A stretch of DNA of 64,000 nucleotides from Isurus oxyrinchus (Eukaryota): contig JANJGN010000021.1 of assembly GCA_026770705.1 (NCBI GenBank), forward strand, positions 90,148,001 to 90,212,000. Reading direction: 5' to 3'. Below the pieces are notes generated by a model. The model worked only from the letters and a program-made list of their open reading frames with translations. It did no database searches and had not been told where the DNA came from. Shown in pieces: positions 38,780 through 49,086 of this stretch (position 1 is the first letter of the stretch; each line of letters starts with the position of its first letter). A program made the position numbers and the translations under genes.

Positions 38780-41190
38780 CATGAATCATAAAATACTGTT
38801 AAATAATTGGTGTTGGTTCCTCGGAGGAGTGCAATCAGAGCCACGTTTGTGGCAACATTGGGGGCGCTGCTGTGGAAGACAAGAGGAAGAAGGGTAAAAG
38901 AGCTGTAGTGTTAGGGGGTTTCGATTGTTAGGGGAACAGACAGGCATTTTTGTGACCATAAGCATGACTCCAGGACGGAATGTTGCCTGCCTGGTGCCAG
39001 GATCTAGAATATCTCAGAGCAGATGCAGGGGATTCCTCCAAGGGAGGGTGATCATCCAGAGGTATTGTTGCACGATGGTACCAGTAACTTAGGAAGGAAA
39101 AGGTTATGAGGTCCTGAAAGAAGATTTTGGGGAGCTAGAAAGGAGATTGAAAAGCAGACATCCAGAGCAGTACTCTCAGCATTATGCCCCGTGCAAGTGA
39201 ATATAGAAATAGCAGCATTGAGAAATTTAACACGTGGCTGCAAAAGTTGGTGTAAGAAGGAGGACATCAGATTTCTGAAACATTGGGGAATGTGGGACCT
39301 GTGCAAGCTGGAAGGTCTACGCCTGAAAAGGACTGGAACAAATATCCTAGTCGCAGTGAGATTTGTTAATGCTGTTGGGTGGCGGTGGTGGTGGAGCGGT
39401 GGGGGCAAGGTGAGGAGGGCGGGGAGGAGGAGGAGAGGTGAGCCGGTAAATTAGATTGACAGATGACTGGCAACCCGAGCACAAATTTAGAAGCAGGGAA
39501 CAGGAGATGGAGAATTAGTGAGTGGCTCCGAAAGAAAGAAGAAGTGTAGTTTAAAAAGTGGACAGCACAGGATTTTCTCAGTGCTAAATTCAAGGTGTTA
39601 GGAAGTAAAACCAATGAACGGAGGGCACAGATGATGCATGGCAGCATGATTTCATCGCTATACTGGAAATCTATCTCAAAGAGGAGCAAAAAGGGCAGCT
39701 GGACATCCCTAGATATAGAGTTTTCACGCAGGATAGAAATGGGATAGAAAAGGTGGGGGGAGAGGGGTGAAACTTTATTGGTTTAAGAAGCAATTGTAGT
39801 TGTAAGGAAGGATGATGTGCTAAATGAGGCATCAGATTAGTCGACATAGGTTGAAATCAGAAATAAAACAGCGGCAGCTACAGTGCGCAGACTGCAGTAT
39901 AGATCCACAGATAGTGGAAAGCAGTCAGAAGAGCAAACATGTAGGCATATTTCTGAGTGCATATCAAAGGGCAGTAATAGTTGGAGAATAATTCAACTAC
40001 CATAATATCAATTAGGATACTAACAATTTGAACTGCACAATATTCATGACTTGCATTCAAGAGAAATGTTCAGCTTGCATGTAACAAACCCAACAAGAGG
40101 GGGTACAGTTCGAGGTTTAGCCTTAGGAAACGAAGCTGGGCAAGTCGATAAAGTAGCAATGGGTGGCCAGTTTGGAGATAATGATCATAATGGAGTTACA
40201 TTTAGCATTATTGGTTTCAGAAACAATTAAAGGATAAAGATAGAACAGGAGTAAAAGGTCGAGATTGGATGGAAGGGAAATTCCACAAAGCTGAGAGGTA
40301 AACTGGCGAAAATGGACTCCATACAAGTACTAGAAGAGAAAACGTTTCCAAATAGGTGGAAGGTTTTCAAAAGCGAGAAACTACCGGGAGGGCAAACAAA
40401 ACATAGAATAACCCAAAAAACGGGTGGATATTAAGAGGGGTTGATGAAGTGAGAGGCCATTGAGTGCATATCCACAGGTTCCTGAATGTGTCAGGACAGG
40501 TAGATAAGTTGGCCAAGTATGCATACGGAATGCTTTCCTTTTTTGGACAGCATATTGAATACAAATGCATGGATGTATTGATGGAACTGTGTAATACGTT
40601 GGTCTGGCCATAGCTGCAGATTTGCGGACTGTTCTGGTCATCACTTTACATGAAGGACATAATTGATCTGACGAGAATACAGAGGAGATTTGCAAGAAAC
40701 TTACCAGGTCTGGAAAACTGCAGCTATCACGAAATATTGGATAGGCCTAAGGTTGTTTTCCTTAGAACAATGGAGGCTGTGGGGTGACCTTATTGACGTG
40801 CACAAAACTGACCAGTCTGGATAGCATAGGCAGAAAAGGTCTGTTTCCCTAGCTGATGAGTCAATCACCAAGGGCATAGATTTAAGATGATTTGTGGAAG
40901 GATTAGAGGAGACATATGGAAAAGCGTTTTCAGCCAAAGGGGGTGGACGTTAGGAATTCACTACTTAAATTGATGATTGAGGCTGAAGTGCTTAACTCAC
41001 TTGAAAAGTATCTGGATCTACATCTCAAGTGTTGTAACCTCCAAGGCTACAGACCGGGTGCGGGAAAGTGGGATTAAAAAGGACTGTTGGCTTTCTTACC
41101 CCTCACCCCCATTTTTTTTAGCTAGATCAGGCATAATTGGCTGAATGGTCCATTTCTGTGACAGTAACATTTCTTTGGTTCTGTGGTTCT
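38780..41190 (+). mobile_element. CR1 LINE with ORF1 SGNH-esterase, endonuclease, internal deletion, RT C-terminus and tail
   Basis: RAVVLG(D)SIVRGTDRHFC..CCLPGAR..HDGTSNLG at 38900-39095; GGG endonuclease motif near 39755; RT end and tail ggctgaatggtccatttctgtg. Confidence 0.85.
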
Positions 41191-41219
41191 CCTACAGTTT
41201 TTCGATGTAACACTTAAAT

Positions 41220-41520
41220 TTGCACACAGTTTCCCATTCCCACTTTTTGGCTTTCCATTCACCCCATTCCTCTGCTGGCGGTGGCAGTGATCCGATATTT
41301 CCTCAATTACTTCTATTGGGAAGCCCCTATTTTATTGTATGTACGTGTTTGCGTTGTATATGCGCGTTTGATGGTGAGTCTGTCTGTGCTACGATTAAAT
41401 GTTGTCAACAAGTTAAAGTGTAGTGAGACGTTGAAATGTTATCGATGGACGTTGTGAAAATATGCTTTACGGCATACATGAGCAGTTGGCACATTGGCTC
41501 TTAGGATGAACAGTTGCAAT
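41220..41520 (+). mobile_element. L2-type 3' fragment
   Basis: Weak similarity to the L2-type tail at 12900. Confidence 0.35.
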
Positions 41521-41626
41521 TATAAATAATTGTAAATAAACCGTCAGATGTGATAATAGTTGTTTCCTATGTCAAAACAATAAGTAAGAAACTGTTATGA
41601 GCAATGTATTGTTTTTATGACAACAG

Positions 41627-41653
41627 AAGACAAATTGATTGGTACAGCTTCAG
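41627..41653 (+). CDS. 27-nt phase-1 micro-exon ((E)DKLIGTAS), no 36-nt partner found
   Basis: ttgtttttatgacaacag|AAGACAAATTGATTGGTACAGCTTCAG|gtaagt; consensus donor and the same caacag acceptor as other 27-nt exons. Confidence 0.75.
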
Positions 41654-42269
41654 GTAAGTAATGAACAATTATAGTATAATATCTTGAACAATAATTCGTT
41701 TGGAAAGAGCAATCTTTGACAGTTTTCCGTCCTCAGAACACATTAAAACGTAAGCCAGATGTTACTTTGTCACTGTGGCCGAAAAGATGAGGATATTCGT
41801 TTGAGTTTTCGTAATAATTCAACTCGTTTGCAGAACAATTATTTGGGAAGCATATAAATGGGATGGGGATAAGGGCTAACTACATATACCTTTTTGAAAT
41901 ACGCTAAACTGGAGTGTCTACATCTTCCTTTCCCGAACTCCTATAGTTTTCTACTACATCCATGTGTCATGCAGAACACGAAGCATTAATGCTTGGCTCC
42001 TCTCCGTCCCTTTCCATATAGCCCAGATTCCTCTTGCGATTAAGAGTGACAATGGCGACATCTCGTTCCTGTTCGGACAGTTTCATCAGATCCACTGTCA
42101 ATAAATAGACGTATAATTTATATATGTTTGGACTTGCAAGGCCTCACGGCATTTACTTATACTTGTGCGTTTTCAGTTTAATTTACATCTACATATCAAC
42201 TTGAGGAACATTAAATTCTCGATAGTGATAGGCCATTACCACTCAACAGTGTTACATAAAATATGGCGC

Positions 42270-44130
42270 TAATGCTGGAAGGGCGGGATGTGCGGCGACG
42301 GGCCGTCAGTAGCCTGGAGGAGCAGAGGGGATCCAGGGAAGGGATTCCTTAAACAATGATCCTATCCAACTGATCTGGCGTACAGAAAAGCTTCTAGGAT
42401 AGAGATTGAGTCTGCATGGATGCTGTTTACCATGCCACCGTGGCAGTATAAGACAGAGGGTAGAGGGGCAGGATAAAATGGTTGTAGTCGTATGTGACTC
42501 TAATTCTATGGGAATAAAGAATGCTCACTATTCCAGGAAGATCAGTTGCCTAGGTTAAGAAAGGAAGCGAATCCCGAAAGGGAAAGAAATGGTCCACTTG
42601 TCATTAAGCATGTTAATATCAAAAGCATCGGGGGCGGGGGGGGGGGGGGAGCAATAAGTCATGTTAAGTGTTCCTAGAGTCACCTGCTTTAAATCCCAAC
42701 TTTGAAAACACGTTTTTTTTATGAGTTTGCGGCTCTTGCCTTAGTTTAATATCCACAATCTAACCATTTATTTCACTCGCTGTACAATTTGAATTTAACG
42801 TCAACAGTTTGTGTTTAATTTCCAAAATTAATATGTTTGAAATATTAAATCCTGACTGATTCTTTGATGGCATTGCTGTTCCGTAACGCTTTGCTATACT
42901 ATAGACTTTTCTTTGGAAATCACATTTTCCTTTCTGCATATGATTTAAACCTAAATCAAATTTCTTGCTTTATCCGTTCTTGCATGGACATTACCGACCT
43001 CAATGGGATCATTTTCTTGGTTGAAGGGCCTCTAAAGTGCTTCATACCGAAACAAACTCTTCATAAGCCTGATGATAAGTTTGCTACTGATGTGTAGATA
43101 CGACCATTAAGTGCACAATATCAAATGTTCATTTGCCGTCAAAATGAATATGCCTGCGATCACTGTCTAGCAAAGTTAACGGCAGACTTTCATCTAACTG
43201 TATTAGAGAAGCTAACGGGGAACGCAGAATACTCGCTGAGAATTTCAAAAAAGCAATTTCGTTATTGGCAAAGCTTGATGCAATCTTTGAACAAGTGACA
43301 GGGAAAGTATTAAGGGTAAGCTGATGGATACGATCCGTGAAGGTTTGCAACTTTTTTTCTCATTGGAACCGCAGACCCTAATCTAAGTTCAGCATATGAG
43401 AAATGAAGTAACAGACTAGGTAGCAAACTGCCAATAAAACTAACAACAGGATAGAAGAGATTAATTTCAAAACTATTTCCCCGAAGCGCTGGAAAATCGG
43501 ACCAGGCACTCATCAGGGATATGTGTTGTCATCAGTATTGCTATTTACCACTTAAAGCATTGATTTGGAATTAAGAATTGAAATAACCTAATCGAAATTT
43601 GAGGATAACGATAGGGGACATGTGAAAATTATTTTCAATATTTGGGAAGCCTGAAATTAGCACTCATAAGCATTACATTGCGGTCAATATATCTAATAAT
43701 GTAGTCAGGAAATATTTATTTTCTTTAATGCAGACAGCACAGATTCTTTGAAAGAAATGTCAAATTATTACTTGACGCAGGACTGAATAAAGGGTCTGTT
43801 GATGAGAGGACGTGGTTTCAGATGAGATAAGAAGCATTATCACTGCATCGGCGTGTTTGGCAAAATAAACATTTTGGTCGTGCTGTGGACGGGGTGAGGG
43901 GTGGAGCTGGTGGGGGAAAGGTGGCGGTGGGGCTGGTGAAGGGTAGTGAATGTTTTCTATCTTGGCAGTTAACAGATTATGATTTTCCTCGCAGCACAAT
44001 AATAATTAATAAGCACTAACATAATAAACAGTAAGCACTAGGCCATAATGCTCATTTTGAGAGCCGATGCTGACAGGATGGGCCGAATGGCCTCCTACTG
44101 TGCCGGTAAAATGCTGCGATTTTGTGATAA
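42270..44130 (+). mobile_element. Old degraded CR1 pieces (ORF1 fragment, RT fragment, tail)
   Basis: ORF1-like VVVCDS near 42480; tail gatgggccgaatggcctcctactgtgc at about 44078-44104. Confidence 0.6.
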
Positions 44131-44887
44131 ACTGTTTAAGTGGTAAGGAACACTTTAATAAATGATATTGTGTCCGCAAAGAGCTTAAATGTCCTTTACA
44201 TACTTCGATATGTATTTTAGAAACTGTATTAACGCCATTGGCAGCACGCAGTGAAATGTGCAAATACTCCGTCCAGCGGCAAAAAAAATGCAGACATGGG
44301 ATGGAACATAAAATGCTGAGGCAAATTCCAGATTCATAATTACAGTTGAAAATTCATTTCTTGAAGATTTTCAATTTCATAAGTTATTTTGGACGAGCAG
44401 ATTTGATAACAATTCTCCATTTGGGAAGGAGTAAATGACGAAGATATTTATTTAATTGTTGTACAAAGAGTTCCGACAAGGTTTCAGGGAAATTTCTTTG
44501 CACGAGGTTTTCATTTTAAACTAACAGACAACTTAAAATAATGCTTGAATGAAGTATGGTCTTCTAATCTTTTAGAGCTACTTACAATAGTCAGCTTTGA
44601 AACAGTTCTGATGAAACCAACTGTTTTCCTTTTTAATCATAAAAAAGCTCAAATTTATAACAAGCTAAACTCAGCACTACATGGACTCAAGTTTAGCAGT
44701 TGTCCAAAATTTGTACTATTGTGTCAGCTTATATTATTCTCCAAGCATTTGTTTGTCTGTTTTTATTAGCTCTGTTGAGCAGAATATGAAACATGCCATT
44801 GTTAGCCATGCCTTTGACTTTTCTCTAGCCCTATACAAAAAAATCTATCATCATGTTCATATACGTTCCATTATTTTATCACAACAG

Positions 44888-44914
44888 ATGCTGACATAAA
44901 AGCAAAAGACCGAG
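44888..44914 (+). CDS. 27-nt phase-1 micro-exon ((D)ADIKAKDR)
   Basis: attattttatcacaacag|ATGCTGACATAAAAGCAAAAGACCGAG|gtactt. Confidence 0.8.
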
Positions 44915-45313
44915 GTACTTACAAAAGTGAACTGAAGTTCCAGTTATCGATTAATATTTACCATTTTATTTCTCCTTATTCCTCTCTGAAGATTTATTAG
45001 AAATGATACTATAATTATGTAGGCTTTTTTGTTATAAAAATGAAATGTTGCCTACGTTTTAGTTCTGTACATATGTAGTTAATAAGAGAAAATTACTTCT
45101 ATTGTGTCTGTCTGAGTGGCAGGAGAATAACACGGTTAAGCAAACTTGTAATGTCTGATGCGCGACCTCATATGCCCCTTCCAAAGGAATGAACAATGTA
45201 TTAATATGCTTTCCTGTACTCTGCGCATTTTCCCCCGTGCATACTGACCCCTTGACTTTCGAGCTAAAATGATATATAGTACCACGTATTAATCGCTTTC
45301 CTTTCTTTTTCAG

Positions 45314-45349
45314 AAATCGAGAGATTGAAAGATAGTCTGAGAAATGCAG
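45314..45349 (+). CDS. 36-nt phase-1 micro-exon ((E)IERLKDSLRNA)
   Basis: ttcctttctttttcag|AAATCGAGAGATTGAAAGATAGTCTGAGAAATGCAG|gtgttt; paralogous to the 37475 exon. Confidence 0.8.
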
Positions 45350-46199
45350 GTGTTTTCGCTAAGCAGAGCTTATTTTCCATTGATTTATGTAATAAATAAA
45401 TTACAAACTTCGTATTATGATAATGCATTGAAGCTATAAACTAGTTATTTTCCTTTAAAACAATTATTATTCAGGCTTTTTAACATAATGATTATATTAC
45501 GTCTCGGTAATTATTGAATTCGCAATGCACTTAGCGTCAACATTGAATGGGTTTCCCAATCCCGCTGATGCAACTAGCTTGTGCCTGTCAGTCTGTTCTG
45601 GCATTAAGTAAGCAGTGACTAGCTGACACCACCGCAAATCCTCTTCACCCCAGCCCTCTCTCCCAACGAGCACTGTCTCCTGCCAACCACATTGTACTCC
45701 GAACCAATCACGCTTGCCACTGTAGATGTAGCTGGCGAAAACAAATAGGATCCTCTGCTACTATGTTCCTATGATGCAAAGGAACCCGTTATTTTTGGTG
45801 ATGTATAGCACTTCGCGTTTATCTCAAATGCAATTCAAGTACCTAGAATTCTTATATTTTGCACATTTTATCCCGTTTCTTCTTTCTGTCTAATTTGGGC
45901 ATTATTCACGCTCCCAAAGCTCGCAATTCCTGTCAAAGGAAGACCTAGTTCTTCCGATCAGTGGCGATACGGGGCGTATTCCCACTGCCATCAAATTTTT
46001 CTTGACCTGACGATATGCGCCCTTCTTCCGGAATCTTCTGATCCAGGCCAGAAAGGCAGGTGGATGGCGCACGGTTTCGAGGGTAAGACCAACGCTCATT
46101 GAAGAATCGAGCAAAGAGGGTTACACTTTTCTCAGCGATAGCTGTCCTGTTCAGGTAAGTATTAAAACGCAAATTATTTTAATGAATGCCGTTGATTTA

Positions 46200-47830
46200 C
46201 TGAATTGGTGAGTGAATGGGTGAATGGATGAATGAATAGGTAGTGGGTGATTGAGCATTGAAGGTGGGTAGATAAGCAAGTGTGTTTGTGGGGTGAAATG
46301 TGTAGGTGGATGAGGTGGCAGTGGTGGGTAGGTGGGTGGCGTGATCACGTAGGTAGGTGGATGGGTAAGATTGCATTTTCAGTATGTCGGTATAGGGGTG
46401 AGCAAGTTGTCAGGTCTCAGCCGAATTGTGAAGATGAGGATGTAACTGGGTCGGGGATAGCCATGAAGTTGGAGCACGGTTGGGTAGTCTTTCGGGCATG
46501 GTTTGGTAGGCTGGGTAGTCGGCTAGCTGTTGGAGGTACACAAGCGGTCAAAGGAGGTTGGTTCTGGGTGAGGGGATAACTGCGTCGATGGGGGGTTGCC
46601 AGATCTCATCAGCAGTTTAGTCGTGTGGTTGATAGTTAGTTGTCTCCTTAGTTCAGAGGTTAGTCGTATCTGGTTGTAATATAATAGTTTTGTCGGGAAG
46701 GATGGGATAGAAGGATGTCTGGGGGCATTAGCTGGAAGGCATAGTCTGGTGGCTGGGCAGCTAGTCGGTGGCAGTGTCGGCTGATCAGTGGGCATTTGGA
46801 TCTTTTCAATCAGGTAGCTTGGTTGCCAGGTGTGGAGAGGTGGCCGCTGGGTGCAGTTATACATTTGGCTGTGTTGCCGGGTATGTTCAAGGGGAGTTGG
46901 TCGAAGAATCATAGAGTTTTACAGCATGGAAGGAAACCATTCAGCCCATTGTCTCCGCACCTGTCATCAAGCCCTATCTAAGTCTGTTTTGCAACACTTG
47001 GCCTGTAGCCTTTTATGATATGACGTTTCAAGTGTTCGTCTAATACTTATTAAATGTCGGAATGTTTCTCTCCTTTACCACCTTCTCAGGCAGTGAGTTC
47101 TAGATACACCCATTATCTGGGGGCAAAAAAATCCTCAAATCCCCCTTCAACCTCTTGATCCCTGGTTGGCGCTGGTCTGGTGCATTGGGTGGCGAGGGGT
47201 ATTGTGGTGGCGGGGAATATATTTCTTTAGCTGGCTAAGAGATGGACCAGATTAGGGGTAGTCAGGTCACGTCAGAGTGTGGTCTGCTCTGGCTGGAATG
47301 GTTAGTTAGGTAGTTTGGAGGTGTCACATATTCAGGGGGTGATTTGCTGGTCGGTGGCTTGCTGGACTTGTCAGGGCTAGTGAGGTGGTCAGAGGCACTT
47401 TTCAGTTTCGAGGGAATAGTTGGGTCAGTTGGGCTGTGTACTTGGACCTTCGGTGGGGAAATCACACGGTTGTGATGTTGTCGCCTCTGGTCGGGGTAAT
47501 CATACAGTGAGGTGGTTATCAGCTAATTGGTATGGTCGTTGGCCATTGAGGGGTCAGATTTTACTTGGGTGTTTGGGGGGGTAGTTGTTTGTCCGAGCTG
47601 CTGTCAATTCTGGGATGTAATCGGGTGGTCAGGGGTAGTTAGCCTTTGTTAGGTCATTATGCAGGTGGTCAGTGGGTAGTTGTTATTATCATAGAGGAGG
47701 CCAGGTGGTTGGGATGTAATGGCTGATCGGGAGGTAGCCAGTTCAGGTGAGTGGGGATAGGTGAGTAGTCAAGGGGTAGTCGGGTCAGGTCAGCGGCAGT
47801 GGCTGCGTTGACCAGTGGTGATCAAGTAAT
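46200..47830. repeat. Long G/T-rich low-complexity tract interrupted by a CR1 tail
   Basis: Recurrent ggtagtcggg / gggtagtt / ggtggtc units. Confidence 0.75.
46905..47160 (-). mobile_element. CR1 3' tail fragment
   Basis: gaatcatagag..ccattcagcccattg..cttggcctgtagcc..caggcagtgagttc; same family as 16475-17582. Confidence 0.8.
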
Positions 47831-49060
47831 AACAGGAATGATCGGATGAATCAATTTGATGTTCGGCTTTGTTACACAACCGTTAGACCAGGTATATAAA
47901 TGTCTAGCATTTTCCTGGTAAATATTCAGGTTAATGTTGCCAAGCTAGCCCATATCACCCCTAAGCTCAGACTCCGAAGCATGCACAGAGGGTTCGGACT
48001 ACTGGGAATCATCCCATCAGAAATTTAAACTTCCCAGGCAATTCCCATTCATGTCCAGCATCAAGATTGCTGCAGGTCCTGACGCGCATTTTCCAATGTA
48101 TCTCTGACAATCCGGAAACCGGGAGATTTGTGCGGTAAATTAATGAACTAATAGCAATTCCCGCTAGTATAGTTTAAAATCTGATAAGTATCCTTTAGTA
48201 GAGTGAAATCCTCCTTCTTTTGAAAGGTTGCATCTGAGGGCGGTACCTAGTCTGTGTGCAGCCAAAACAGCCATTTTGTTGCACGGTCTGAATCCTGAAT
48301 AGCCATTCCTCCCCATTGGGTTCTCACAAGTGCTGTGATAGATAGTGATTAACAAAACAATCAGGAATCCACTCACATTATCTAGCCCTTGGTTTTCGGT
48401 CGACCACTGACTCAGTATCCTTTTGCCTGTCCCAGGTTTCGTTTGCAATCAAGTTCGTATTAATTATCTTCAGCAACCACATTCTTATTACTTTCTACCT
48501 GTCACTTGGTGAGTCTTTTCACGGCCACTGCCCCTCCATTTGAGCTCTTGCTCCTCTCTTTTCACTAGCGGACATGGCGTGGATTTTCTGTTTGTTTTCG
48601 GTCTTTGATGCTGTACGATGTTCCTGCAGTAGATGTCAAACCTTTCAAGCTGTGTAAAAAATGTCCCCCCCCACAACTTTTTACCCATTCACCTGACTTT
48701 GTCTGATTGAAGCAGTGCCCCCTAATTTGGCGTCCTCTTCAAAATCTGATTTGGAGAGCCAATATCCCCTATTGTGACCACCATAACCTTTATTATTCTG
48801 TACACCCGTGTGTTTCTGTCTGACTGCATGCAAGTGTGTGCCTCTGTTTGTCTGTTTATGTAAAACAGCGATATATCATAACAGGCAGGAAAACTATGGT
48901 CCGAAAACCCTTTAAATCTTTGCAATAACAAAATTATGCATAGAAATTTACAAATGTATCAGACATATTCCACGGAACAAAAACGTGAGAACGTGTACAG
49001 ATCAGCTTTTCAGTCCTAGAGCAAGCATACTTCAAAATACTTTATCTTTTACCGCAACAG

Positions 49061-49086
49061 AGGAAAAAATTGGTGATAAAACAGAG
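49061..49086 (+). CDS. 26-nt member of the 27-nt exon class ((E)EKIGDKTE); shifts phase from 1 to 0
   Basis: tttatcttttaccgcaacag|AGGAAAAAATTGGTGATAAAACAGAG|gtaggatttgaagaaa; one base shorter than its paralogues; downstream intron motif resembles that after 35715. Confidence 0.65.

Noticed and set aside
43734-43790. Acceptor-like ttctttaatgcag as the missing 36-nt exon
   Set aside because: Lies within a CR1 remnant, has no donor at +36, and the peptide is unlike the modules
46136-46154. 19-nt segment with good splice sites; 19+26 nt would restore a multiple of 3
   Set aside because: Joining it to exon 49061 gives an in-frame TGA, and it lies in repeat-like sequence
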